Below the pieces are notes generated by a model, which saw only the letters and a program-made list of their open reading frames with translations, was not told where the DNA came from and searched no databases. A program made the translations under genes and the position numbers. 15,156 nt of DNA from an uncultured archaeon (lineage in GTDB: Archaea > Asgardarchaeota > Heimdallarchaeia > Heimdallarchaeales > Heimdallarchaeaceae), in contig CAZJUB010000053.1 of the NCBI GenBank assembly GCA_964549075.1, positions 1-15,156 on the forward strand, given 5' to 3'. Every line of letters starts with the position of its first letter. Position 1 is the stretch's first letter. Below, piece after piece: positions 1 to 8,644 of this stretch.

Positions 1-76
1 TAATTATCTTGCACCAGAGTTTAAAAAAGCATCAAGAATTTCTGAAGAACTGAAGTCTTATGTAAATAACAAATAG
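1..76 (+). CDS. 3' end of an upstream gene (partial; ...NYLAPEFKKASRISEELKSYVNNK*)
   Basis: The frame from base 2 is open to TAG at 74-76 and has protein-like composition. It converges on the next gene with a 12-bp gap. Too short to assign a function. Confidence 0.6.
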   Translation, partial: NYLAPEFKKASRISEELKSYVNNK

Positions 77-88
77 CTTTGGATTCAA

Positions 89-895
89 CTAATTCCCCTC
101 TTCTATCTTTTTTAATTGTTTTTTTCTATCATAGAATTTTGCAAAAGAATCAACAAAGAATTTCAGTGCATCGCGATTCAAACCATATTGCAAGAATTGA
201 TAATTCTGAACTTCAAGAGACATTATCTTCTCAAATTTTTCTAATTCTATAAGTCCAGAATATTTTTCTGTTGCTTTGTTTAAGCAATCAAGAAATTCTG
301 AATCAGTTAAGTTATTTAATTTCCAGAGAATTAAGCATCTACTTAAGAAAAGGCTTAGTTCATCGATATTTTTTATTGGTTGATTATAGTTCACAGCAAA
401 TTGGTGAAATGCCATTGACATAATTTTCAACATTTCTATAATTTCGATTGACAGTTTTGGTAAAGAACCCAAGGTTATAATCAATTCTTCAAAAGAATCT
501 ACTCCCCGTAATTGGTATTGTTCTAGAACATCTACAGCTCCTAAACATTCGGACTTGAACTCACATAGTTTTTGATAGAAAAAGGCAAGGTTTTTTTTAT
601 AAGAATTGGAAATATTTTTTCCTAGTGGTTGTTCTCTAACTAAATATAGTAGTCGATGAAGGATCCCACTTATGTAAATAAGAAGGTTCGAACTTTGATT
701 GTCTTCAACCCAGATTTTTGGAAGGAAATCCAGCAATAATTTATATTCAATATGCAAATTAACATTCTCTACCAACATATCAGTAAGAAATGTACTAGAG
801 ATGTTGTCCATATTATCTTTTATTAGAGCAACAGAACTTGAGGAGAGACCATTCTTCAGGATATAATCATAAATTCTATCTTCTATTTCACTCAT
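89..895 (-). CDS. Hypothetical protein, predicted mostly alpha-helical (about 268 aa from ATG 895; the track extends it to TTG 916)
   Basis: Long Leu/Ile/Glu/Lys-rich ORF ending in TAG at 91-89. The ATG at 895 (MSEIEDRI) is preferred over the TTG at 916. No recognisable motif. Confidence 0.75.
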   Translation of the reverse strand: MSEIEDRIYDYILKNGLSSSSVALIKDNMDNISSTFLTDMLVENVNLHIEYKLLLDFLPKIWVEDNQSSNLLIYISGILHRLLYLVREQPLGKNISNSYKKNLAFFYQKLCEFKSECLGAVDVLEQYQLRGVDSFEELIITLGSLPKLSIEIIEMLKIMSMAFHQFAVNYNQPIKNIDELSLFLSRCLILWKLNNLTDSEFLDCLNKATEKYSGLIELEKFEKIMSLEVQNYQFLQYGLNRDALKFFVDSFAKFYDRKKQLKKIEEGN

Positions 896-974
896 CAAAT
901 AATACAGAACAATCAATTCTTTTTATTATTACGAATGAACAAAAATTTTTCATTTAATACAAGGAAAAAATCAC

Positions 975-990
975 CAAAATGCTTTTTTAG
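975..990 (+). promoter_or_regulatory. Candidate archaeal BRE/TATA-like element for a probably leaderless GT4 transcript
   Basis: CAAAATGC is followed by a T-run/TAG (983-990) lying about 20-27 nt upstream of ATG 1010, and there is no SD before the ATG. The AT-rich background makes this weak. Confidence 0.3.
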
Positions 991-1009
991 TTAAGTTATA
1001 TTTTTACAT

Positions 1010-2233
1010 ATGGATTTCTCTATCTTTATTACTACGATAGAGATAGGACCACCCTATGTTGGCCCTATGGCTGGACTTCGTAGATATGCATATTCTTTAG
1101 TTCAAGCCTTAGCTAACCAAAACATAGAAATCCACATTGCGACGACAACTAAACTTCCTTCTGACGATGAATTGATGAATCGTGAAAACATTAATTTCTA
1201 TCTACTACCTGAGCAAATTTCAGCTAGAGGTGCTTACAGTACTTTGACTAATTTCAATGCTAGAAATCACCGAAAATTCTCTAAACAAGCTTTTGAAGTT
1301 TTTACAGAACTTAGTGGTGAACAAAAAATTTCTCTAATTCATGCTATGGAAGTTTCAGCACTTTCTTTTGCTATTGCAAAGAAAAAAGAGAAATTAAATA
1401 TTCCTTTAATAGTATCAATTAATGGAGCAGTAACAACTGGCAATTTAAAATCCAGATTGTGGGTTAAACGACCATATACTAAATTACTCCGCAAAATAGT
1501 CAAGTATTGTGATCATATCATAACAAATTCCAAATCATTGTTAGATAAGATAAAACATCTTCCGAAAAGAACAGATGAAAAAGTCATTTTAGTTCATCAT
1601 ACTCTTAATTGTAAGAAATTCTCTCAAATTCCTAAGATTGAAGATACAGAAAACTTTAGAGACAAATACGATTTAACTCCAGATAAAACAATTATTTTGC
1701 TTCAAGGCCCTTATATTACACGTAAGTCACAATATGAAGTTGTTGACTATTTTCCTGAAATTCTTAAGAGACATCCAGATACAGATTTCTTGATTATTGG
1801 TAATGGACCTTTATTAAAAAACATCAAAGAAAAAGTCGTTGATTTGAAGATTGAAGAAGCTGTTAGAATTACAGGCTATATTAAAGATGAAGAGTTGATC
1901 TTAGCTTATCATGTCAGTAGTATTTTACTTTATCCAGCTAAAGAGGGGAGTTTTGGAACACCATTAATAGAAGCGATGGCTTCGGGTCTTCCTGTTATCG
2001 CCATGGATCGACCACCTATGAATGAAATGCTACCTCCTCAAAGTGGGTGGTTGTATCCTCCTAACAAAAGAGAGCAAATTGTTGATAAAGTATTGAAAAT
2101 AGTTCAAAACAAAGAAATTATTGAGGAAACTATTTTTAAATCGCAAAATCATGCATTAAAAAATTATGATTATTCTGTCGTAGGTAAGAATCTTGTTAAA
2201 ATTTATAAAAAAATTATCAAACAATTAGAATGA
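1010..2233 (+). CDS. Glycosyltransferase family 4 (GT-B fold, RfaB-like)
   Basis: N-terminal 'TIEIGPP...AGLRRY' loop, 'FLIIGNGPL', 'VRITGYI' and the GT4 signature 'YPAKEGSFGTPLIEAMASGLPVIA'; 407 aa. Confidence 0.93.
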   Translation: MDFSIFITTIEIGPPYVGPMAGLRRYAYSLVQALANQNIEIHIATTTKLPSDDELMNRENINFYLLPEQISARGAYSTLTNFNARNHRKFSKQAFEVFTELSGEQKISLIHAMEVSALSFAIAKKKEKLNIPLIVSINGAVTTGNLKSRLWVKRPYTKLLRKIVKYCDHIITNSKSLLDKIKHLPKRTDEKVILVHHTLNCKKFSQIPKIEDTENFRDKYDLTPDKTIILLQGPYITRKSQYEVVDYFPEILKRHPDTDFLIIGNGPLLKNIKEKVVDLKIEEAVRITGYIKDEELILAYHVSSILLYPAKEGSFGTPLIEAMASGLPVIAMDRPPMNEMLPPQSGWLYPPNKREQIVDKVLKIVQNKEIIEETIFKSQNHALKNYDYSVVGKNLVKIYKKIIKQLE

Positions 2234-2261
2234 ATAATACGAGAAAACTTTTTATTCTTTA

Positions 2262-2309
2262 ATAAAATACCCTTAAATATTCTAACTGCACTAGTGTTAA
2301 CGAAAGGTG
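2262..2309 (+). promoter_or_regulatory. Candidate TATA box (TTAAATA 2273-2279) and SD (AGGTG 2305-2309) of the RDD gene
   Basis: A-rich run followed by TTAAATA; AGGTG lies 8 nt before ATG 2318. Confidence 0.5.
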
Positions 2310-2317
2310 TTTAATGA

Positions 2318-2845
2318 ATGTCAAAAAAATATTTCTGTCCAAATTGTGGTTCTTCTATTGTTCCGGAGGACAAATTTTGTCTTAATTGCGGACACAAACT
2401 AATTGAAGATTCAGTTCCAGCCCCTAAAGCTCAAGTAGCACCAGCACCAGTACAATCTGGACCATATGTTCCGGCTCAACCAGCACCATATGCTCAACAA
2501 GTGCCTGTTGTTGTATCTCCAGCTAACTACATACAATATAAGGCTAGCATGATGGATAGATGTCTTGCTTTACTCATCGATAGTTTGATTTACAATTTCT
2601 GTCCACCTCTTTGGTGTTTCAGAGATGTTATTCCTGAAAGAGGTAAATCATTTGGTAAATCTATGATGAACATAAAAGTCGTGGATTATGATTCGGGTCA
2701 ACCTATTACAGTAGGACAATCATGTGTTAGGACTCTATGTTTAGGGTTCTTATTTGGTATAGATTATATTGTTCCATTCTGTAATGATGAGGGGCGAAGA
2801 ATTGGAGATTATCTAGCAGGCACAATTGTAATAGAAGATAGATAA
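2318..2845 (+). CDS. Zinc-ribbon + Pro/Gln/Ala linker + RDD-family membrane protein
   Basis: CPNCG...FCLNCG zinc ribbon; PAP/PAQ/PY-rich linker; RDD hallmarks 'ASMMDRCLALLID', 'GKSFGKSMMNIKVV', 'GRRIGDYLAGTIVI'. Confidence 0.9.
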   Translation: MSKKYFCPNCGSSIVPEDKFCLNCGHKLIEDSVPAPKAQVAPAPVQSGPYVPAQPAPYAQQVPVVVSPANYIQYKASMMDRCLALLIDSLIYNFCPPLWCFRDVIPERGKSFGKSMMNIKVVDYDSGQPITVGQSCVRTLCLGFLFGIDYIVPFCNDEGRRIGDYLAGTIVIEDR

Positions 2846-2879
2846 AACTCTCTTCATATTTTTCTTTGATGATGAAAAA

Positions 2880-5021
2880 ATGGCGACCACACTCCTTGCT
2901 CATATTCAAGAATTATTTAATCAACAGAAATATCGGGAGGTTTCTAGCCTAGTTAATTCGCAAATTGATAAAATAGAAAATTTGGAAGAGAAAAAACAGC
3001 TATTGTTACTCTCTGCAAAATCAAATTATTTGTTGAGTCAGAATAAACAGGCACTTGAAAACATTTTAGCCTGCAAACAAATAATAAATTGGAGTACCAG
3101 TACAGTTGAGGAAATTGTAGAAATTGATATTCAAAGAGCGAAGATATTAAGAAGACTTGGAGAGAAAGATAAATCTCTAAACATATATGATAAGATCCTC
3201 AAGGATTATCAAGATATTTTAAACGAAAATACAAAAGCAACTATTTTTAACAATTTAGGAAATCTTTACCTTGAAAAAGGAGCATTTGAACAAATCAAAT
3301 AATAATTTGAACAATCTATACAAATTGATGAAAAAAATAAGAATGAACGAGGTTTAGCACAGAGTTTTTCAAGTTTAGGAGGTCTTTACTTCTATTTAGG
3401 TGAGTATAATCAAGCTATTGAGTATTATAACAAGAGTCTAAAGATTCGAGCAAAAAATAAAAACCTAATTGGAGAAGCAACCCTCTTATTTAACTTAGGG
3501 TCTACTTATGCAAACATGCTCAATGAAGAAAATGCTATTTCATATCTTAATAAAGCGGAGAAAATTTTTAATAAAATTGGACATAAAAAAGGAGAAAAAA
3601 CGGTTTTAGATTCTAAAGCTCGAATGTTCTATAATCTAAAGAAGTATCCTTCAGTTATTAAGAATCTCGATTATTTAAGAGGAATTTTAAGCGAGAAGAT
3701 TACACCTCAAAATCTACCTATGATTCTTTTATTGATTGAATCTTTGCTTAAGAGTGGTGATACTGCTGAAGCTAATGAAACCATAGATAAAACTTTGAAA
3801 GCCACTAAAACTTTCGATGATGAAACTAAAGGTAAGAATATTGCAGAGATAGCAAATTTAATGCATCTCAAAAGCCAATTCTGGTTTAAGAAGAATGAAT
3901 ATGATAAATCACTTGAAGTTCTAGAAGAACTTGAAAAATTAGCTATGTTTTTCAAAGATGATGAAAGTTTAATTGCTATTTATTTCTCTAAATCACAAGT
4001 TTTCTATACGATGGATGACTTAGAAAAATCTGAAGAATTAGCAAAAACTGGTTTGAAACTTGCAATCAAACATAAAAACCCTACTTTGTTTGCATACTTA
4101 GATCTATTATTTGGTATTAGCTGGAAACAATCTTCCTTTTCAAAATGCACGGAATATATTGAAGAATTAGTGGAATATGTTCAAACAAACCGAAAACCTA
4201 TTCTTAACATTATTCTACGAGCCTTACAATTAGCTCAAAAAGATAAAATCAATAAAACCCACGAAAAAGAATTTGAAGTAATTTCTGAGGATTATCAACT
4301 TCTTTTACTCTATCAAGATTTACTAGCTGTGATTCATTCAGGAAAAATCGCAATTTCAAAAATAGAGAAGCTAATAAACAACATAAAACCTCTCAAAGAT
4401 GCGAGTAAAGCTCAACTAACACCATACATTATATTAATACTAAATATGACACAAATCAAACAAGAGAAACTGGAAGAGATTCTACCTCTAATACAAAATA
4501 GTAACCAATTATACTCCTTATTCTCAAGAATATCGAGAAAACAAGTATTATTTGAGGATATACAAGATACCATAGAAAAGAAAAAAGCTCAGAAAACAAT
4601 ATCCTTCTACAATATGATGATAATCTTGGATATAATTTTTTATAGTATAATTTTTGGTTTTATTTCAAAAAAATATTTGCTTGAATTTGATTGGTCTACT
4701 AAAGTTAGATTAAACTCAAGAGAATTCATACAAATCAAGCAATCATTTCTGGTTAATATTCTCAAAGATGATGCACAAGACAATCAAAGTCTCTCTCAAG
4801 AGGTTATCTCCAACAAAAATGCTAATCAACTATTCAATCAAATATCGCAAAATATCTTAGATAAACAAGAAAATTTAGATTTTGAATCGAAAACATTAAT
4901 ACAAGGGATAATCGCAGATTTCGTAGTCAGAATTATATTCTTAATAAGCTCAGGTGAATTAAGTGGTACAAAAACCCAAAAAGCTGACCAGACGAGAAAA
5001 ATGGATACTATCTCCTTATAG
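2880..5021 (+). pseudogene. Tetratricopeptide-repeat protein (40-aa-period TPRs, 713 codons) interrupted by TAA TAA at 3300-3305; pseudogene or sequence error
   Basis: Track ORFs 2880..3302 and 3516..5021 share a frame. The gap 3306-3515 translates stop-free as FEQSIQIDEKNKNERGLAQSFSSLGGLYFYLGEYNQAIEYYNKSLKIRAKNKNLIGEATLLFNLGSTYAN, which are clear TPRs. The NLG/SLG/NLG motifs are exactly 40 residues apart across the stops. Confidence 0.88.
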
Positions 5022-5556
5022 GTTAGCACACCATCCTCTTTGTTCAAAGTTTGAAGACCATGTTTACATTATCAAAGGAAAAAAGGTTTGCAGAGGATGC
5101 TTAAATTTGTATAGTGGAATGATTTTTGGTTTGATTCTAACCCCTATTGTAGTATTTGTTTTACATATAAATTTCTGGATAGCATTTATAGCCACAAATA
5201 TCATGTTTATTTTTACACCAATGAGTGCTTTTCTTAATCCTCCTCGATGGTTCAAAGACGTCAGTAGATTTCTTCTTGGAGTTGCTATGATAAGTGCAGG
5301 ATTGTCAATCATATTAGCTGTTGTTGCGTTAACTCAAGGAATGGATTGGGGTGCATTTGCTGTGATTCTAATCACCTTATTTGTTTATTTTTCAAGTAGA
5401 ATATATTTTACAAGATTTAGAGATAGGAAGAATGAACAAGTTTGTAGAAATTGTGAGCAATTTTATCATCCTCGATGTGATGGGATGTTATCGGCAGTAG
5501 ATAAAGCAAAAGGATTAGAGAGTTTAGAACGAGGAGATGCATTTAGCGAGCAGTAG
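4963..5556 (+). CDS. Cys/His-rich membrane protein with about 4 TM helices, DUF2085-like, putative metal-binding
   Basis: GTG start with SD AGGTGA at 4952-4957. 'HHPLC...H...VCRGCLNLYSG' precedes four hydrophobic segments, and the C-terminus has 'CRNC...HPRC'. It overlaps the TPR gene by 59 bp. The family assignment rests on motif resemblance only. Confidence 0.7.
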   Translation: MVQKPKKLTRREKWILSPYRLAHHPLCSKFEDHVYIIKGKKVCRGCLNLYSGMIFGLILTPIVVFVLHINFWIAFIATNIMFIFTPMSAFLNPPRWFKDVSRFLLGVAMISAGLSIILAVVALTQGMDWGAFAVILITLFVYFSSRIYFTRFRDRKNEQVCRNCEQFYHPRCDGMLSAVDKAKGLESLERGDAFSEQ

Positions 5557-5629
5557 ATTTTTAACTATCCGCTTAATTTCAGCTTATAACGTCCAATTTA
5601 AAATAGATTCACAAAATTGAGGATTAAGT

Positions 5630-7243
5630 ATGGATTACACTTTTACAAAAATTCAACTTAGTGATATAATTGGTTTAGCTGGTTTATTTGTTTTCGTTCT
5701 CTCAGCTTTAGCTCTTGCTGAAATCCTTCGTAGAAAAAACAAAGTATCAGGTGAAACTTCTAGAAAAATAGTGCATTTATCTGTAGGTAACGTAATCATA
5801 ATTTTTCCTTTTGTTTTTACAAGTGTATGGTATGCTTTAATTGGACCGGTATTTTTTATTCCGTTTACATATTTTACCAGTCCAGCTTCCCCAATTAAGA
5901 AGTTTAAATTAAAAGGAGTAGAATCTGGGCACGCTTATGGTACGGTCTTTTATGCAATTGCTTTGACTGCCTTAGTTGCACTTTTCTTTAGTCCTAATCC
6001 TAATGATCAAAACAATGTAATACTCCTTGGTTCGTTTTTACCTTTAGTATGGGGGGATGGTATGAGTGCAGTTATTGGTTCAAGATTTGGAAATAATAAA
6101 GCATACAAAATTTTCGGAGGTACAAAAACCTTACTTGGTAGCTGGGCAGCAGCTTTTTCCACTTTCATAGCTGTTACTTTAGGTTGCTTTATACTTTTTA
6201 GAACTGCTGAATCTGTAGCAGTATGTATATACATTGGTCTACTTACTGGATTTATAACTGCGTTTGTTGAAGCTTTAACACCAAAAGGCTTTGATAATAT
6301 AGCAGTTCCTGCTGCAAATGCTATTGTACTATTTGGTCTTTATAGATTATTCAACCAAGAACTAGGAAACTTGGGTCAAGCTCTCTCCATAACTTCTATT
6401 ATAATAGCTGGTGTTATTGGATTAGTTTTAGCAACAGTTAGTATTATGCTGAAAGCTCTTACTTGGGATGGAGGTATAGCTGGTTTTTATTTCGGAATAG
6501 TTATTCTAGGACTAGGTTCATGGACATGGGGAGCAATGTATTTCGCATTTTTCATTTTAGGAACTATTTCTTCGTTTATAGGAAAGAAATCAAAAGAGAG
6601 TGTGAGTCAAGAATATGAAAAAGGTGACACTGCTAGAGATAGTGTTCAAGCGATGGTCAACAGTATTATACCAGCAGTAATGTCATTTCTAATTGTTCTT
6701 CTTAGAAATAATACAACAATCGAACAAGAATTAATGGTTATAGTTGCGGGTGCTGGCGCCATAGCTGTAAGTTTAGCTGATACACTTGGAACAGAAATAG
6801 GAGCGCTTTCCAAAAAAGATCCTCATTTGTCAACTAAACTGTGGGTAAAAGTACCAAAAGGAACACCAGGAGCTATCTCCTTCTTGGGTATATCTGCTTC
6901 TATTTTAGGTGCTGTTATAGTAGCTTTCATTGGTTTTGGTATCGCGCAAGCTGATCAACTGACCATTTTAGAAATACCTTCATCTCTTTGGACATTTATT
7001 ACTCCTGTAGTTATAGGAGGAGTAATTGGAGCTTACATGGATAGTGTGTTTGCATGTACAATACAAAAAATGAACAAATGTGCAGTATGTGGAAAAATTA
7101 CTGAGAAAAAAGAACATTGTCATAAAGAAACAGAATACTATTCAGGAGTAAAATGGATAAGAAACGATTTTGTTAATCTATTTAGTATAATGGTAGGTGC
7201 AACAGCTTCTTTTTTGATTTACCTTATAATATTGTTAGTGTAA
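5630..7243 (+). CDS. Fused CTP-dependent isoprenoid-alcohol kinase (phytol/dolichol kinase family) + DUF92/TMEM19 (VTE6-like isoprenyl-phosphate kinase) membrane protein
   Basis: N-half: 'SRKIVHLSVG', 'WGDGMSAVIGSRFG', 'KTLLGS', 'VEAL..KGFDNIAVP'. C-half: 'LTWDGGIAG', 'FFILGT', 'RDSVQAMVN', 'ADTLGTEIG', 'VPKGTPGAISFLG', 'DSVFACTIQ', CxxC...HC, 'NDFVNL'. SD-like GAGGA at 5620-5624. Confidence 0.88.
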   Translation: MDYTFTKIQLSDIIGLAGLFVFVLSALALAEILRRKNKVSGETSRKIVHLSVGNVIIIFPFVFTSVWYALIGPVFFIPFTYFTSPASPIKKFKLKGVESGHAYGTVFYAIALTALVALFFSPNPNDQNNVILLGSFLPLVWGDGMSAVIGSRFGNNKAYKIFGGTKTLLGSWAAAFSTFIAVTLGCFILFRTAESVAVCIYIGLLTGFITAFVEALTPKGFDNIAVPAANAIVLFGLYRLFNQELGNLGQALSITSIIIAGVIGLVLATVSIMLKALTWDGGIAGFYFGIVILGLGSWTWGAMYFAFFILGTISSFIGKKSKESVSQEYEKGDTARDSVQAMVNSIIPAVMSFLIVLLRNNTTIEQELMVIVAGAGAIAVSLADTLGTEIGALSKKDPHLSTKLWVKVPKGTPGAISFLGISASILGAVIVAFIGFGIAQADQLTILEIPSSLWTFITPVVIGGVIGAYMDSVFACTIQKMNKCAVCGKITEKKEHCHKETEYYSGVKWIRNDFVNLFSIMVGATASFLIYLIILLV

Positions 7244-7245
7244 AT

Positions 7246-8538
7246 TTAATTCTTGTTTGCTAGACACTCAATCCCAGGAAGAAGAGAACCTTTCATTATT
7301 TCTAAACTCGCTCCTCCACCAGTAGAAATAAATGAGACTTTATCTTCAAGATTGAATTTCTCAAAAGCTGCGGCACTATCTCCTCCTCCGACTATTGTAT
7401 AGATTTTATTTCTTACTAAGAATTCAGCAATATCCTTGGTTCCCGCTTCAAATTCCGTTTTCTCAAATACTCCTAAAGGTCCATTCCACATTACTTGTTT
7501 TGAATCCAACAAAATATCTTTGAATTTTCTAATAGTATTTGTACCAATATCAGCACCTATGTTTTCATCACTTATATTTTCTACTGAAACTTCTTCTATA
7601 TTGGATGGATTATCAAGATCATCACAAACAACAATATCTGTTGGGACAAATATTTTTGTTCCCATCGATTCTTTATTCAGATAATTTTCAACCTCTTCAA
7701 GCTTAGATTCGTCTTTTATAGATTGGCCTATTGAATAACCTTGTGCTAGAAGGAAAGTAAAAGCCATCCCCCCGCCAATTAAAATTTTGTCAGCAAGCCC
7801 TAAAAGATAATTTATCACATCAAGTTTGTCTTTTACCTTAGCACCACCTAGAATAACGGTAAATGGTCTTCTTGGATTGCTAAGACTCTCAGTCAGATAG
7901 TCCAACTCCTTTTTCATTAAAAAACCATACCCATTTTCTTTAATATAATTACATACACCATATGTGGAGGAGTGCTTTCTATGAGCTGTTGCAAATGCAT
8001 CGGTGATATATACATCAGCTAGTTTTGAAAGAGCTTGGGAGAATTCTGGACTATTCGCTTCTTCTCCAGAATGAAAACGAGAATTTTCTAGTAAAAGTAT
8101 TTCTCCTTCTTGAAGTCTTGTTACAGATTCCTCAACTTCAGGACCAATGCAGTCATTAGCTTTGTATATTTTAGTTGATGGTAATAATTCTTGTAATTTA
8201 TGATATACAGGATTCAGATTCAATTCTTTCACTACTTTTCCTTTTGGTCTTCCTAAATGAGAAATTAAAATAATTTTACAATTCATGTCTAACAAATATT
8301 CTATTGTGGGTAGAGAACTTTCTATTCTTCTAGAATCAGTTATTTCTCCATTTTCATCTAAAGGTACGTTGTAATCAACTCTAACTAATACTCTTTTCTT
8401 TTGTAATTTTAAATCAGTTATAGAATTCTTTTCCTTATACTTAAGGATATTAGAAAAATCTCTCTTAGGCGCTAAAGAATTTTTCTTAGGATTATTTGCT
8501 AGCAATTTTGATACTTCCTTTATGATATTTTTTATCAA
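7246..8538 (-). CDS. pgk: Phosphoglycerate kinase (start uncertain: TTG 8538 or TTG 8505)
   Basis: 'RVDYNVPL', 'SHLGRPKG', 'LLENSRF', 'DAFATAHR', 'ILGGAKVKDK', 'WNGPLGVFE', 'GGGDS', 'ISTGGGASLE'. Confidence 0.98.
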   Translation of the reverse strand: MIKNIIKEVSKLLANNPKKNSLAPKRDFSNILKYKEKNSITDLKLQKKRVLVRVDYNVPLDENGEITDSRRIESSLPTIEYLLDMNCKIILISHLGRPKGKVVKELNLNPVYHKLQELLPSTKIYKANDCIGPEVEESVTRLQEGEILLLENSRFHSGEEANSPEFSQALSKLADVYITDAFATAHRKHSSTYGVCNYIKENGYGFLMKKELDYLTESLSNPRRPFTVILGGAKVKDKLDVINYLLGLADKILIGGGMAFTFLLAQGYSIGQSIKDESKLEEVENYLNKESMGTKIFVPTDIVVCDDLDNPSNIEEVSVENISDENIGADIGTNTIRKFKDILLDSKQVMWNGPLGVFEKTEFEAGTKDIAEFLVRNKIYTIVGGGDSAAAFEKFNLEDKVSFISTGGGASLEIMKGSLLPGIECLANKN

Positions 8539-8644
8539 TTGGAAATAACTGTAAAAGAGTTAAAAAGGTTAGTTTTCAACATCATTATTAACCACCTCTA
8601 AGAGATTGACTTAAAACTTTCAAATTAAAGGAGATAAAAAGAGA

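Noticed and set aside
591-598. T8 homopolymer (also 119-126) as a phase-variation tract
   Set aside because: The reading frame is intact, and such runs are expected from Lys/Asn codons in an AT-rich genome.
2413-2500. CCAGC/GCTCAA repeats as a DNA repeat element or CRISPR-like array
   Set aside because: They are short, irregular and explained by the Pro-Ala-Gln linker codons. There is no constant repeat/spacer structure.
3300-3305. Genome-wide reassignment of TAA (alternative genetic code), or Sec/Pyl insertion
   Set aside because: TAA ends several genes here at their expected family C-termini (RDD 2843-2845, kinase fusion 7241-7243, pgk, both anchored proteins). Sec and Pyl use TGA and TAG. 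No other gene has internal stops.
3516-5021. Independent 501-aa gene starting at ATG 3516
   Set aside because: This Met falls mid-TPR, the frame is open with TPR sequence from 3306, and there is no clear SD. It is treated as part of 2880..5021.
2727-7684. Short track ORFs 2727..2909, 3707..3955, 4838..5047, 5064..5312, 6007..6234 and 7436..7684
   Set aside because: All are antisense to well-supported genes, with no motifs and shadow-ORF composition.
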